This document shows, piece after piece, positions 39,909-50,204 of a stretch of DNA of 64,000 bases. The DNA comes from an uncultured Pseudomonadales bacterium (GTDB lineage Bacteria; Pseudomonadota; Gammaproteobacteria; Pseudomonadales; Pseudohongiellaceae): NCBI GenBank assembly GCA_938091935.1, contig CALKNV010000035.1, positions 684 through 64,683 of the forward strand. Direction: 5' to 3'. The notes under the pieces are model-generated. The model saw only the letters and a list, made by a program, of their open reading frames with translations. It made no database searches and had not been told where the DNA came from. The translations under genes and the position numbers were made by a program. Every line of letters begins with the position of its first letter. The first letter of the stretch is position 1.

Positions 39909-39924
39909 ATTTTTCAGGATTGCG

Positions 39925-39951
39925 GGACTGCACGGTGAGGCCGTGCAGTCC
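39925..39951. other. perfect 11-bp-stem hairpin between the M16 peptidase and ABC ATPase genes
   Basis: GGACTGCACGG-tgagg-CCGTGCAGTCC. No U-run follows on the coding (minus) strand. Confidence 0.85.
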
Positions 39952-39994
39952 GTGTGGGTCAGTTCAGTTTGCGACTGATGTTGCTAGCGCAGGA

Positions 39995-42970
39995 TCAGTT
40001 GACAAACAGGTCGTCTACTTCGACCTCTTGGACCGTGCCAAACTGCTCCAGTTCCGCCGTATCGATAATCGAGAGGTCGCCGACAATGGAAATAAGCTTG
40101 GCTCTATCCTTGACGTGCTGCTGCTGAAATTGCAGCAGATCCTCTAATTGAGTTTCCTGTAGCTTTTGGTAATTGGCGCGACGTGGATCACCTTCCTGAC
40201 CCTGTCTCTCCCAGGTACGGACAGCGCCAATGACTTCGCGGAAGTTCAGTTTTGAAGTGCGATAGCGATTGAGCATGCTGTTAACTGACTCATCGAAACG
40301 TTCCGAAGAACTCGGCATGTTATCGATCAAGTCGATGAAGGCCGCCAGCGCATCTGCTGTTTTGTCAGTCTGGGTACCAATTGACCCCATGATCAGGTTC
40401 TCTGCGTTCACTCGACTGCCGGGGGCATAGCGTGCGGAGGCAGAATAGGCCAGAGCTCGTGCTTCGCGCAGCTCCTGGAATACAACGCTGGACATGCCGC
40501 TGCCGAAGTAATTGGTATAAAGGTTCGCAAGCAAACCGTCTTCCGGGTCGTAGATGCCGTCAGCAAATTCGATTCTGACCTGTGCCTGTGCGGTCTGCTG
40601 GTCAACCACCAACACCTCAGACTCTTCAATGTCACGGGCAGAGCGGAAGCGAAACTCTGGTGTGTCCCTCAACTCATCGCTAACCTCGTAGTTGCGACGC
40701 AGTGCAGCCACCAGTTCTTCCAGCGGCATGGAGCCGGTATAGGCTAGTGTGTGCTTGTAATTCAACAGCTCACTTGGGGCATTCAACAACTCATCAACCT
40801 GGGTATCGAGAATTTCCTGGCCAGTCATTGCTTCCAGCATTGGAGACTCTTCACCGTAGCGGTTATACATGAACAGCGCTCTGGCGATGGCAGGAGGCGA
40901 ACTCTTCTGGTCTTCGCGGGATTTAAGCAGGATGCCCTTGAGTTGCTCCAGAGTCTGTTGGTCGGCGCTGGGAGAGTTAATGAGGTCCATCATCAGGGCA
41001 ACCGAGTCTTCGAACTGCGAATCCAGACCGCTAACTGAAAAGGCCGATGCATTTTCCCCGGAGCCAAACCTGAACTCCGAGCCCATGCGGTACCATTCTT
41101 TTTGCAGTTCTTCATTGGAGAGTGACTGCGTGCCTGCAACATCCATGAGCGCTGCCGCCAGGCCAAGCTTATTATCCGCCTCAGTCCCTACGTCGATGCC
41201 GATGGAAAAGGAAAACAGATCATTCAGCGGGTTGGGGGCATAGTAGAGCTCCACCCCAGGCGCAAACTCGACAATGCGATAGTCACGATCCGCCTCAACG
41301 AATACAGGCTCAATCTCTTCCACTTCCATGGCAAGCACGCGTGCTGCAAATTCAGACTGTCGAGTCGGGTCTATGGTGACTGGATCAATTTGCGGTTTTT
41401 CAACAACTGGCACTTCGTGTTGCGCATCGACCCGGTATACCGCGACATAGTCATCGCCAAAATACTTGTTCGCCACATCCACCACATCCTGCTTGGTGAG
41501 TTGCTCCATGCGGTCGATTTCTGCGATGTGATAATCCCAGTCGGCGCCTTCGATAAAAGACTGTCGCATCATGGTGACGCGGGCAGTGTTGAATTCCAGG
41601 CTGGCTTTTTCGTTCTTCAGAAAATCATTGATAATGGCCGGAATAATCCATTCCTCGAAATCCCCAGCTTTGATTATTTCAATCTGATCCAGCAGCAGTT
41701 GCTCAACTTCTTCCAGAGTTTGATCCTGCTTGGGTACGCCGTACAAACTTTGCGAACCGTAATCGTTGAGGAACATGGGAGACGAGCCAGCTTGGGATAC
41801 CAGCTGTTGCTGGTTCAGGTTGAGGTTTATCAGACCCGCTGTGCGGTTATCCAGGATCATGTCCAGCAGGATCAGGGCTTCCTTGTCGCTGCTGCCATTG
41901 GGCGCGGTGCGAAACGCCAGCTGCACCTGTTCCTCTCCGGGATACTGTACGGTGCGTCGCTCGGCGCCCTGCAGGGCAGGTTCCTGCCAGGGGCCAACTT
42001 CAGGCAGATTTTTGGCTTCCCAATCCTCAAATTTTTCTGCAATCAGGGCAATAGTCGCGTCGGTGTCTATGTCGCCGCTGATGAAGATGGCCATATTGTT
42101 AGGGACATAGTAGGTGTCGAAATAGTTTTGTATGTAGACCAGGGATGGATTCTTGAGATGGTCGACGGTACCGATAGTTGGCTGCTGCCCATAGGGATGA
42201 ACCTTGTAGAGCAGTTCATCCATGGCCGTGCCAATTATGCGATTGCCATTATCCAGGGTGCGATTCTTTTCCTCGTAGACTGTTTCCAGTTCAGTATGAA
42301 ATAGTCGAAACACGGGGTCGACAAAACGGTCGGATTCAATCTCCGCCCACTGCTGCAGTCGGTTTGAAGGCAGCCCTACTTTGTACACGGTTTCTTCATA
42401 CCAGGTGTGGGCATTCAAGCCACCGCCACCCATGCTGTTGTAGAGCTTATCGATTTCATTGGGGACCGCGTATTGCGCGGCGAGCTGTGCCTCGGAATTA
42501 ATTTCGGCGTAAATCTCTGCGCGGCGAGTCGGGTCTGTTTCCTGGTGGTGCTCTTCATAGAGTTCGACAATGCGGTCCAGATGGGGCTTCTCCGCCTCAT
42601 AATTCAAAGTCCCCAGGTTCTGGTTGCCCTTGAACAGCAGATGTTCCAGGTAATGTGCAAGGCCGGTGCCGTCGGCCGGATCATGTTTGCTGCCGGCTCT
42701 CACTGCAATTTCGGCATAGAACCTTGGCTCTTCATGATTCTCGGTCAGAAATACCTGCAGGCCGTTGTCCAGCTCATATATTTGGGCGGCGAGGGGGTCT
42801 TCGGGATTCGGTGAGTTGATGCGCCTATAACCAGGGCTCTGCTCTACCGCTTCGGAGCTTGCCACGGCAGTGGGTTCGGGAGTACTGGTTTGCTCGCTGC
42901 AGGCTGCCAGCAGCAGTGACGCTGAGGCCAATAAACCCAGTAATGAATTGGTTCCTGGTTTAATACTCAT
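39995..42970 (-). CDS. M16-family (pitrilysin/insulinase-like) zinc peptidase, tandem double unit, lipoprotein
   Basis: Lipobox LLLAAC, inverted zinc motif HYLEHLLFKG (HxxEH), 991 aa. Confidence 0.9.
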   Translation of the reverse strand: MSIKPGTNSLLGLLASASLLLAACSEQTSTPEPTAVASSEAVEQSPGYRRINSPNPEDPLAAQIYELDNGLQVFLTENHEEPRFYAEIAVRAGSKHDPADGTGLAHYLEHLLFKGNQNLGTLNYEAEKPHLDRIVELYEEHHQETDPTRRAEIYAEINSEAQLAAQYAVPNEIDKLYNSMGGGGLNAHTWYEETVYKVGLPSNRLQQWAEIESDRFVDPVFRLFHTELETVYEEKNRTLDNGNRIIGTAMDELLYKVHPYGQQPTIGTVDHLKNPSLVYIQNYFDTYYVPNNMAIFISGDIDTDATIALIAEKFEDWEAKNLPEVGPWQEPALQGAERRTVQYPGEEQVQLAFRTAPNGSSDKEALILLDMILDNRTAGLINLNLNQQQLVSQAGSSPMFLNDYGSQSLYGVPKQDQTLEEVEQLLLDQIEIIKAGDFEEWIIPAIINDFLKNEKASLEFNTARVTMMRQSFIEGADWDYHIAEIDRMEQLTKQDVVDVANKYFGDDYVAVYRVDAQHEVPVVEKPQIDPVTIDPTRQSEFAARVLAMEVEEIEPVFVEADRDYRIVEFAPGVELYYAPNPLNDLFSFSIGIDVGTEADNKLGLAAALMDVAGTQSLSNEELQKEWYRMGSEFRFGSGENASAFSVSGLDSQFEDSVALMMDLINSPSADQQTLEQLKGILLKSREDQKSSPPAIARALFMYNRYGEESPMLEAMTGQEILDTQVDELLNAPSELLNYKHTLAYTGSMPLEELVAALRRNYEVSDELRDTPEFRFRSARDIEESEVLVVDQQTAQAQVRIEFADGIYDPEDGLLANLYTNYFGSGMSSVVFQELREARALAYSASARYAPGSRVNAENLIMGSIGTQTDKTADALAAFIDLIDNMPSSSERFDESVNSMLNRYRTSKLNFREVIGAVRTWERQGQEGDPRRANYQKLQETQLEDLLQFQQQHVKDRAKLISIVGDLSIIDTAELEQFGTVQEVEVDDLFVN

Positions 42971-43134
42971 GAATACTCCTTCAATGTTCCTAGTTACGCA
43001 GACTAAATCGCAGTCACAATTTAGCCTGTCTGGACACCCGAATTAAGAGTGGGCGCTCCAGTTATTGTCCAGAAGGACTCTATGCCGTTTTCAACTCACC
43101 GCCCATTAAATTCACTACCCAGCGCTGTCAGTTG

Positions 43135-43827
43135 CTACTGTTCAGCTTCATTCATTGATTGGGTGGTCAACAGGCCAGATAGAATCTGACCCAGAAATTT
43201 TTCTGCTTCCTGCAATTGCGCCTCATCCAAACGACCGGCGATTTCCATGCGTGCATTCATCAGCGCCTGCAGTTGGCGTTGCGACTCGTCAACTGCATCA
43301 CGATTGGATGCCTGTACCTGCTCCTTACCTGCGCCCATGTGCTGCATCAGAACTTCCAGCACAATTTCTCGGTTTTCCTCGGTGAGTCCGCCGGCGACAC
43401 GGGACAACTGCAGGGTGAAGTTGTTGCGCAATTGGCGCTGCCGAAAAGTGGCTTCGTAGCGATCAAGTTCTGCCAATTCTTCGGCAGTCATGATCGTCGC
43501 CAGTTGTTCCCGCAAGTAAGCCGCAGAGGCGATTTCCTCCAGATCCACCGCAGAGGCTCGGCCGGAGCTGCGGTCTCTGCTTGCCTTGATCCTCTCAATG
43601 AATACGGCGGTAATGGCAGAATCGATCTCCGCGCGATGTTCAGTGCCGGCTGCCAGGCTATCTACAAAGCCACCATAGCGCACTTTGGCCTGCATCTGGG
43701 CCATCTGTTCTTCTACGTTATCGGTATACCCCGGCGGGCGGGTGCCCTGGGCTAGAGCCGACTGACTCAGCAGCAGTAGCAGGCAAAATTGCAGCATAAG
43801 GCTTGGCAGAGGCAGCAATCGGCGCAT
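43135..43827 (-). CDS. hypothetical secreted helical protein (RYGGF-motif family)
   Basis: The ATG at 43827 has a GGAG SD. Signal peptide ends SQSALAQG. It shares a VRYGGFVDSL block with 49149..49991. Confidence 0.6.
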   Translation of the reverse strand: MRRLLPLPSLMLQFCLLLLLSQSALAQGTRPPGYTDNVEEQMAQMQAKVRYGGFVDSLAAGTEHRAEIDSAITAVFIERIKASRDRSSGRASAVDLEEIASAAYLREQLATIMTAEELAELDRYEATFRQRQLRNNFTLQLSRVAGGLTEENREIVLEVLMQHMGAGKEQVQASNRDAVDESQRQLQALMNARMEIAGRLDEAQLQEAEKFLGQILSGLLTTQSMNEAEQ

Positions 43828-44116
43828 GAATAGGGGCTCCAAAAGCCGTCTATGGTAAGGAAATTTGGGCCAAAATCATATTGTTATCCCCCGCACCGTG
43901 GCTGCAGCTGATCGTGGCGGGGCGGGCGCTGCAAGCGATTCCGGGCCGCAGGGCGGAGGTTTGCGGCGTTGGAGGCCTTAACAGTGGGCTACGAGCGGTG
44001 ACCTGCTGCTGAATAAATTTCGGGGAGCAGCTATTCTAGCTGTTAACCTGACTGCTACTTATGCTCGCTGAATTGTGTTGCTGCAGCTGGCCATCACCTA
44101 AATTGAGAAAAGCCCG

Positions 44117-45854
44117 TTGAGCCTGAAAAAATCACATCTCTCGGAAAGCGTTGAGGATTTTCGCGAACGCCTCAGTCACAGCGACGCTTTGCCGCAGTTA
44201 GTCTCCCTGGGTGTGATCTCGGGGATTCTCGCGGCTCTCATCATTGTGGGCTTTCGCTGGTTGTTTGAGACGCCACTGCTGTTGGCGCTGGGCGACAGCG
44301 AGGGCTTCGAGTCGCTGACCCGTCCCGCACGTTTTTTGTTGCCTTGCCTGGGTGCGATCGGTTTGGGACTGGTTTTCAACAATGTCGATCCTGCGACCAT
44401 GCGGGTGAGTGTCCCATGTGTTGGAGCGCCTGCACAACAACAATGGCGCGCTGCCGTTTCGTAATATCGTGGTGCAATTCTGCGGCGGGGTGATTGCATT
44501 GCTGACCGGGCAAAGCGTAGGCCGCGAGGGTCCCTGTGTGCACCTCGGTGCGGGCACAGCCTCCCAGCTTGGACAATGGCTTGGCTTGCCGCGAAATAGC
44601 CTGCGGACCCTGGTTGCCTGCGGTGCAGCTGCCGGTATCTCTGCCTCTTTCAATACGCCAATGGCCGGTGTGATATTTGCCATGAAAGTGATTTTGATGG
44701 AGTACACCATTGTCGGGTTTATTCCGGTCATTGTAGCTTCCGTGCTGGGTGCTGTGATCAGCCAGCTCGTATTTGGTAGCGAAATCAGTTTTGACGTGGA
44801 CGCCCGAATCGGAGTGGAGGTGGCAGTCATTCCCTATATGCTAGTGGCGGGGCTGATTTTTGGGTTTGCGGCCTTCGCCTTTACCCGGCTGCATATGTTG
44901 TTCTTCCGTCTGCATCGCTATTCACTGTTGCGGCGTTTTACGGTGATCGGTGTGGTGACAGGTTTGATCGCGGTTTTTGTGCCGGAGATTATGGGCACCG
45001 GATATGACACGCTGACCGATGCGCTGAACGGTGTTCTTACACTTGAGGTTCTGTTGATTGTGGTGCTGGCGAAGCTTGCAGTGACGGCACTAGCGACAGG
45101 GCTAGGAATGTTTGGCGGATTGATCGGTCCATCACTGGTAATCGGGGGCTGTCTCGGTGGGGCGCTAGGATTGATTGGTGCCGACCTCATGCCCGTTGCA
45201 ATCAGTCCTGAGCTTTTTGTGCTGCTGGGTATGGTTGCCATGATGGGTGCAGTGCTGAATGCGCCGATGGCAGCACTGGTGGCGACCCTGGAGCTGAGCC
45301 ATTCTCCAGAGATGATTTTTCCCAGTATGCTGACAGTGGTTGTGGCTTGCCTTACTTTAAAGCAGGGCTTCAGGTCTGAAGGTGTATTCACCGAACAACT
45401 TCGGCACCATGGGCACGATATACTAAGCGATCAGGGCAAGTGCTTTCTCAGTCGGGTAGGGGTGGCCAGTGTCATGAATGAATCCTTCGTCATTTGTGAT
45501 CCTGAACTGAGTCTGGGCCAGGCTAAAGCTTTGGTCAGTCAACCACCGATTTGGCTGGTGGTGAAAGACACAGACACATTACAGCTGATTCCAACAGCGG
45601 AATTAGCGCGTTGGCTGGAATCCGCTGAGCTTGACGAAATGGATGCTACTGACCGATTGCAACTCAAAGAGATGAACCTGGCGAGTTACGCCAGTGTGGA
45701 AATAGATTCCCTGGCCAGTCTGCATGAAGCCAGTACCAGGCTGCTTAGTGTAGGAGCTGAGGCGCTGGTAGTGATACCCGTGATCAAGTCTGAGGCCAAA
45801 CCCGTACTTGGTGTAATCACCAAAACGAACATACTTAACTACTATGGCATGTAA
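44117..45854 (+). pseudogene. ClC-family chloride channel with C-terminal CBS pair, frameshifted
   Basis: ORFs 44117..44464 (frame 2) and 44409..45854 (frame 3) are consecutive parts of one ClC protein: GQSVGREGPCVHLGAG, GMFGGLIGPSL, and a CBS-like C-terminus. The frames switch within about 44402-44411. Confidence 0.8.
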
Positions 45855-45981
45855 GAATTGCGATTGGCTTTACGACAGAGCAATCTGAAAATTAATATCT
45901 AATTCTGTCCGTTCCCTTAATTACAACCAGAGTTACATCCATTCTTCAAGGTCCGAAAACCAAATGAAAGGAAAACAGTAA

Positions 45982-47643
45982 ATGCCAGGAAATCTGATTT
46001 TGCGGTCGCTGTTAACCGCCGCTAGCCTGATGATCTTGAGTCAGGCTCATGGGCAGGCAACTGATGATATGTCCCGTTATGACCAGGCCGCAGACCTGGC
46101 GCGACTGGCGGAACTCGACAACGAACGCATGCACTACAAACTGCTGCGCTCCGAAATGCAGACATCGGGCAAACTGTGGGCTGGCCTGAATGCTGAGATT
46201 GATGGACTTTCAGTGAGTCGCTACCGTGAGCTACAGTCTTTGGTCCTGGAAAGCAGTGTAGCGTCCCTGCAGCAGTCGGTGGCGGCGGGTGACATGAGTT
46301 ATGAAGAGCTGACTCTGTTTTATTTGGCCCGGATTCGGGAGCTGGAAAATGACCCGGCTCGTTATTTGAACGCCGTGATCAGTCTGAATCCCGCCGCCGT
46401 GAATAGGGCGCGGGAATTGGATGCTGAAAGGCGAGCAAATCCAAACTCGCAGCGCGACCCCGTGTTCGGCATGCCGGTATTGCTCAAGGACAACATCAAT
46501 GTCGCCGGTATGCCCACCACAGCCGGCGCCGTGGCACTACAGAACAATTTCGCGGGCAATGCCTTCATCACCGAGCGCCTACTGGAAAAGGGGGCGGTTA
46601 TTCTGGGCAAGGCGAATCTGAGTGAATGGGCCTACTTTTTTTGTGACGATTGTCCATCTGGCTGGAGCGCTATGGGTGGTCAGACCCTTAATCCCTATGG
46701 TCGCCTGCAGTTTGGGACAGGCGGCTCCAGTTCAGGCAGCGGCGCCTCCATGGCTGCCAACTATGCAGCTCTGGCGATAGGTTCAGAGACTTCGGGTTCT
46801 ATTTTGTCGCCATCCAGCGCCAATTCCCTGGTCGGGCTTAAGCCCACCACTGGAAGTCTGAGTCGCAGCGGCGTGGTGCCTATCTCCGCGAGTCTGGATA
46901 CCACGGGTCCAATGGTCAGGTCTGTTGCGGACGCGGTGGTCTTGTTCAATGCCATGAGCGGTTATGACGAGGACGATACCGCCATGCCACTGATCAGTGC
47001 TGATTTGCAGCTGGTCTATCGCGACGAACCTCTAGCGGGCATGCGTTTGGGGGCGCCGGAAGCATTTGTGGATAACGAGTTCTTTACCGCTGCGCTCGGG
47101 GTATTATCGGTGGACGAGGCAGCGATTGTCGAAATAACACTGCCTGATTTGGATACTGATGGATTCGGCACGCTGTTGGGTAGAGAAATGGTGAGAGACC
47201 TGGCACTTTACTTGAGAAACCATGCTTCACCGATGGTAATGATAGATTCAGTTGATGAACTGCAGGAGTTTAATCAGCAGCGTCCCGAAATTCGCATGCC
47301 ATATGGTCAAGCCGAAGTGGACCGCATGGTGGAGCTTGATGTCAGTGCTGTTGAATTGGAGGAGTTGCGGGGTAATTTGCAAAGCACAGCAAGGGCTGCC
47401 ATGGAGGCATTGTTTGCCAGCAATGATCTGGATGTGATGCTGACCCTCAACAACCGTAATGCGGGCTTTGCTGCCCTGGCGAACTACCCGGCTCTGACTG
47501 TGCCTATGGGCTATCAGGAAAATGGCAGGCCGATTGGCTTGACCTTCATCGCACCACCGTTTCAGGAACAACTGTTAATCGATCTGGGTGCCAGGTTTGA
47601 GAGTTTGACGAGGGCACGCAGTTTGCCGTCTGGATACGAGTAG
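45982..47643 (+). CDS. amidase-signature family amidase, secreted
   Basis: Signal peptide, plus LLKDNINVAGMPTTAGA and GGSSSGSGASMAA. Confidence 0.9.
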   Translation: MPGNLILRSLLTAASLMILSQAHGQATDDMSRYDQAADLARLAELDNERMHYKLLRSEMQTSGKLWAGLNAEIDGLSVSRYRELQSLVLESSVASLQQSVAAGDMSYEELTLFYLARIRELENDPARYLNAVISLNPAAVNRARELDAERRANPNSQRDPVFGMPVLLKDNINVAGMPTTAGAVALQNNFAGNAFITERLLEKGAVILGKANLSEWAYFFCDDCPSGWSAMGGQTLNPYGRLQFGTGGSSSGSGASMAANYAALAIGSETSGSILSPSSANSLVGLKPTTGSLSRSGVVPISASLDTTGPMVRSVADAVVLFNAMSGYDEDDTAMPLISADLQLVYRDEPLAGMRLGAPEAFVDNEFFTAALGVLSVDEAAIVEITLPDLDTDGFGTLLGREMVRDLALYLRNHASPMVMIDSVDELQEFNQQRPEIRMPYGQAEVDRMVELDVSAVELEELRGNLQSTARAAMEALFASNDLDVMLTLNNRNAGFAALANYPALTVPMGYQENGRPIGLTFIAPPFQEQLLIDLGARFESLTRARSLPSGYE

Positions 47644-47847
47644 ATCTATCTGTAGGGGCGGGTAGCAGGCGGGCGACGATTGTTTCTTCTCGGCCTGAGA
47701 TGTGAGAGTCTTTTGGCTCTGGCGAACGCGAGCCTGATGGGGTTAGCGTGCAAGGATGATTTACCCACTGGGCTGCCGTGGGTCCCGACTCGAATGATCA
47801 CAAAAATTGATCGGTATTGAGTCAATCGAAACAACTAAGAGGTTGAT

Positions 47848-49122
47848 ATGAGTGACAATGCGAAAGGGCTATCTCTCGGGGTGACTTGGTTTGAGATTGC
47901 CCTGTGGAAGCGCATCCTGACCGCCATGGTTGTTGGCGCAATCCTGGGCTCGATCTGGGGACCTGGCGCCGAGAGTATTGGCTGGATTGGTGACCTGTTT
48001 ATCCGTCTGATTCGCATGATCGTGGTGCCCCTGGTGTTTGTCACTATCGTCTCCGGCGTAGTTTCCATGGGAGATCCGTCGAAACTTGGCTCACTCGGTG
48101 CCAAGACCTTGATCCTCTACATGCTGACGACCCTTATTGCTATCACCATCGGACTGGTTCTGGCAGCGATCATCCAGCCGGGGGTTGGCGTCGACCTCAC
48201 CGGTGCACCGGCGTCTGCCTTGCAGGAAACCATTCCGCTCTCCGAACGTTTGATTTCCATCGTGCCCGAAAACCCGTTTGCGGCACTGGCGGAAGGGAAT
48301 ATTCTTGCCATCATCTTCTTTGCCATCCTGATTGGGGTGAGTCTGCTGTCGATTGGCGAGCCGGGTAAGCCTGTCGCAGACTTCATGGATGCCTCGAGTG
48401 AAGTGGTGCTGCGGATTACGCACTGGATCATGGAAATCGCACCTTTTGGCGTACTGGCGCTGATTGCGCGGGTGACCGGCGCACAGGGCTTCGAGTCACT
48501 GCTCAGTGCTGTGGTGCTCGCCGTTACGGTACTGCTGGCCTGTGCGGCTCACCTGATCATCATGCATGGCGTGATTATCATGCACTTCATGCTGAAGCTC
48601 TCGCCGGTCATGTTTTTTCGCGGCGCCAGGGATGCGATGCTGGTGGCGTTTTCGACTTCTTCCAGTGCGGCGACGCTGCCAGTTTCCATGTCGGTAGCAG
48701 AGGAGAATCTTGGCGTGAGACCGCTGGTAGCCTCTACGGTTTTACCGCTGGGTGCAACCATCAACATGGATGGAACCGCACTCTATGTGGGTATCGTCTC
48801 TGTGTTTGCGGCACAGTCTTTTGGAATAGACCTGACTCTTATGGACTATCTGATCATGGCGGGTACGACTACACTAGTTTCGGTAGGCACGGCGGCGGTG
48901 CCCAGTGCATCTCTGTTTCTGATGGCGGCGGTCATGGCAACGATTGGCATGACGCCAGATCAGATTGCGGTCACGGTCGGATTCATTTTTATCATTGACA
49001 GACCGTTGGATATGCTTCGAACAGTGGTCAATATTGCGGGCGATCTCAGCGTTTCTACGGCAGTCGCTAATTGGGAAGGCGAGTTCGACCGAGAAATTTT
49101 CGACCGGCCACTTAAATACTGA
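47848..49122 (+). CDS. dicarboxylate/amino acid:cation symporter (DAACS family)
   Basis: Contains FSTSSSAATLPVSM, GATINMDGTALY and IIDRPLDMLRTVVNIAGD. Confidence 0.9.
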   Translation: MSDNAKGLSLGVTWFEIALWKRILTAMVVGAILGSIWGPGAESIGWIGDLFIRLIRMIVVPLVFVTIVSGVVSMGDPSKLGSLGAKTLILYMLTTLIAITIGLVLAAIIQPGVGVDLTGAPASALQETIPLSERLISIVPENPFAALAEGNILAIIFFAILIGVSLLSIGEPGKPVADFMDASSEVVLRITHWIMEIAPFGVLALIARVTGAQGFESLLSAVVLAVTVLLACAAHLIIMHGVIIMHFMLKLSPVMFFRGARDAMLVAFSTSSSAATLPVSMSVAEENLGVRPLVASTVLPLGATINMDGTALYVGIVSVFAAQSFGIDLTLMDYLIMAGTTTLVSVGTAAVPSASLFLMAAVMATIGMTPDQIAVTVGFIFIIDRPLDMLRTVVNIAGDLSVSTAVANWEGEFDREIFDRPLKY

Positions 49123-49148
49123 TCGATACGTCAGTATCTTTCGATAAT

Positions 49149-49991
49149 TCAGTTGGGTTGGTTATCTGGCTCCACCATTTCGATAATACGAGTCTCGATT
49201 TGGCCATTGGCGTCAGTGGTTGTGGTTTCATTTATACGGACGGGCCCCCGAGCCGAGCTGCCAATAAATGAGGTGCTTGTGGTACGTCGCTGTTCTCGCT
49301 GCTCTTCCTGAAACGATTCAAACGCGGCCATTTCATTGTCATCCAACACATAGGACAAAGCCTCGACCTGCGCTTCTGGAGAGCTGATCGCAAACATCTC
49401 CCTGCGCAGTTCCCGACGACCTTGCTGATTGCCGGCGTTCTGGGCAATTAATTCCCTGCGCTGCTGATCCTGGTCGGTCATCATACTGATAAGAGCATCT
49501 ACAATAACCTCCTTGCGCTCTTCGCTGACATCCAGCGCAGACAGAAACCCGCCATAACGACCCTGCATTGACATAACCTGTCGCATTTCCTCAGGGTCGA
49601 GGCTGCCTAGCTGCTCAGATACCTCGTAACGAGAGGGCATCCGCTGTGATTCCTGCACTACCTCTCTGATCACACGCTCCCTTATCTCTTGCTCCATGAG
49701 ATAAACGTCGGGGTTGATCTGCTGCCGCGCCAGCTCGAGTTCATCATTCAGACCCCGAATGGCATCTTGGGCGGAAGCCAGATCGCGCCCCAGCTCTGCG
49801 AGTCGGGATTCATAGTCGATGCGCTCCTGGGCTGTGCTATCCAACTCTGCTTGCAGGTCACTGACAAAGGATTCGTAACTGGCGATCTGCTCGGCTTGCA
49901 GGCTCACGTGCGAGTAGAGTTGGAAGGCGGCGAATGCCGAAGCAGAAAGCAGCAGGGTTGCAGCTATGGATAGGATCTTGGTGGATTTCAT
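49149..49991 (-). CDS. hypothetical secreted coiled-coil protein (RYGGF-motif family)
   Basis: N-terminal anchor or signal, heptad-rich region, and the block GRYGGFLSALDVSEERKEV shared with 43135..43827. Confidence 0.6.
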   Translation of the reverse strand: MKSTKILSIAATLLLSASAFAAFQLYSHVSLQAEQIASYESFVSDLQAELDSTAQERIDYESRLAELGRDLASAQDAIRGLNDELELARQQINPDVYLMEQEIRERVIREVVQESQRMPSRYEVSEQLGSLDPEEMRQVMSMQGRYGGFLSALDVSEERKEVIVDALISMMTDQDQQRRELIAQNAGNQQGRRELRREMFAISSPEAQVEALSYVLDDNEMAAFESFQEEQREQRRTTSTSFIGSSARGPVRINETTTTDANGQIETRIIEMVEPDNQPN

Positions 49992-50204
49992 ACCGTGATC
50001 TTCTGCATCTGGTTAATCAAGTCAATAGGTGCCCGGATTCTGGTTTCTGTGAAACCGGAAACGCCTCGAATAAAGCGCAAACGGCCGGAGCCTAATTGGC
50101 AACAGGCTCACGCTCCCATATTGAAGCCCATTGTAACTCTTTGCCAGTGGAATCATTGCTCCAGTAAACATCCAGAACCCACTGCTAGTCTTCTGCGATG
50201 CTAC

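Noticed and set aside
43843-44116. Fluoride riboswitch upstream of the ClC gene
   Set aside because: No crcB-motif core is visible. This ClC also carries CBS domains and the GREGP motif, so it is not of the fluoride-specific type.
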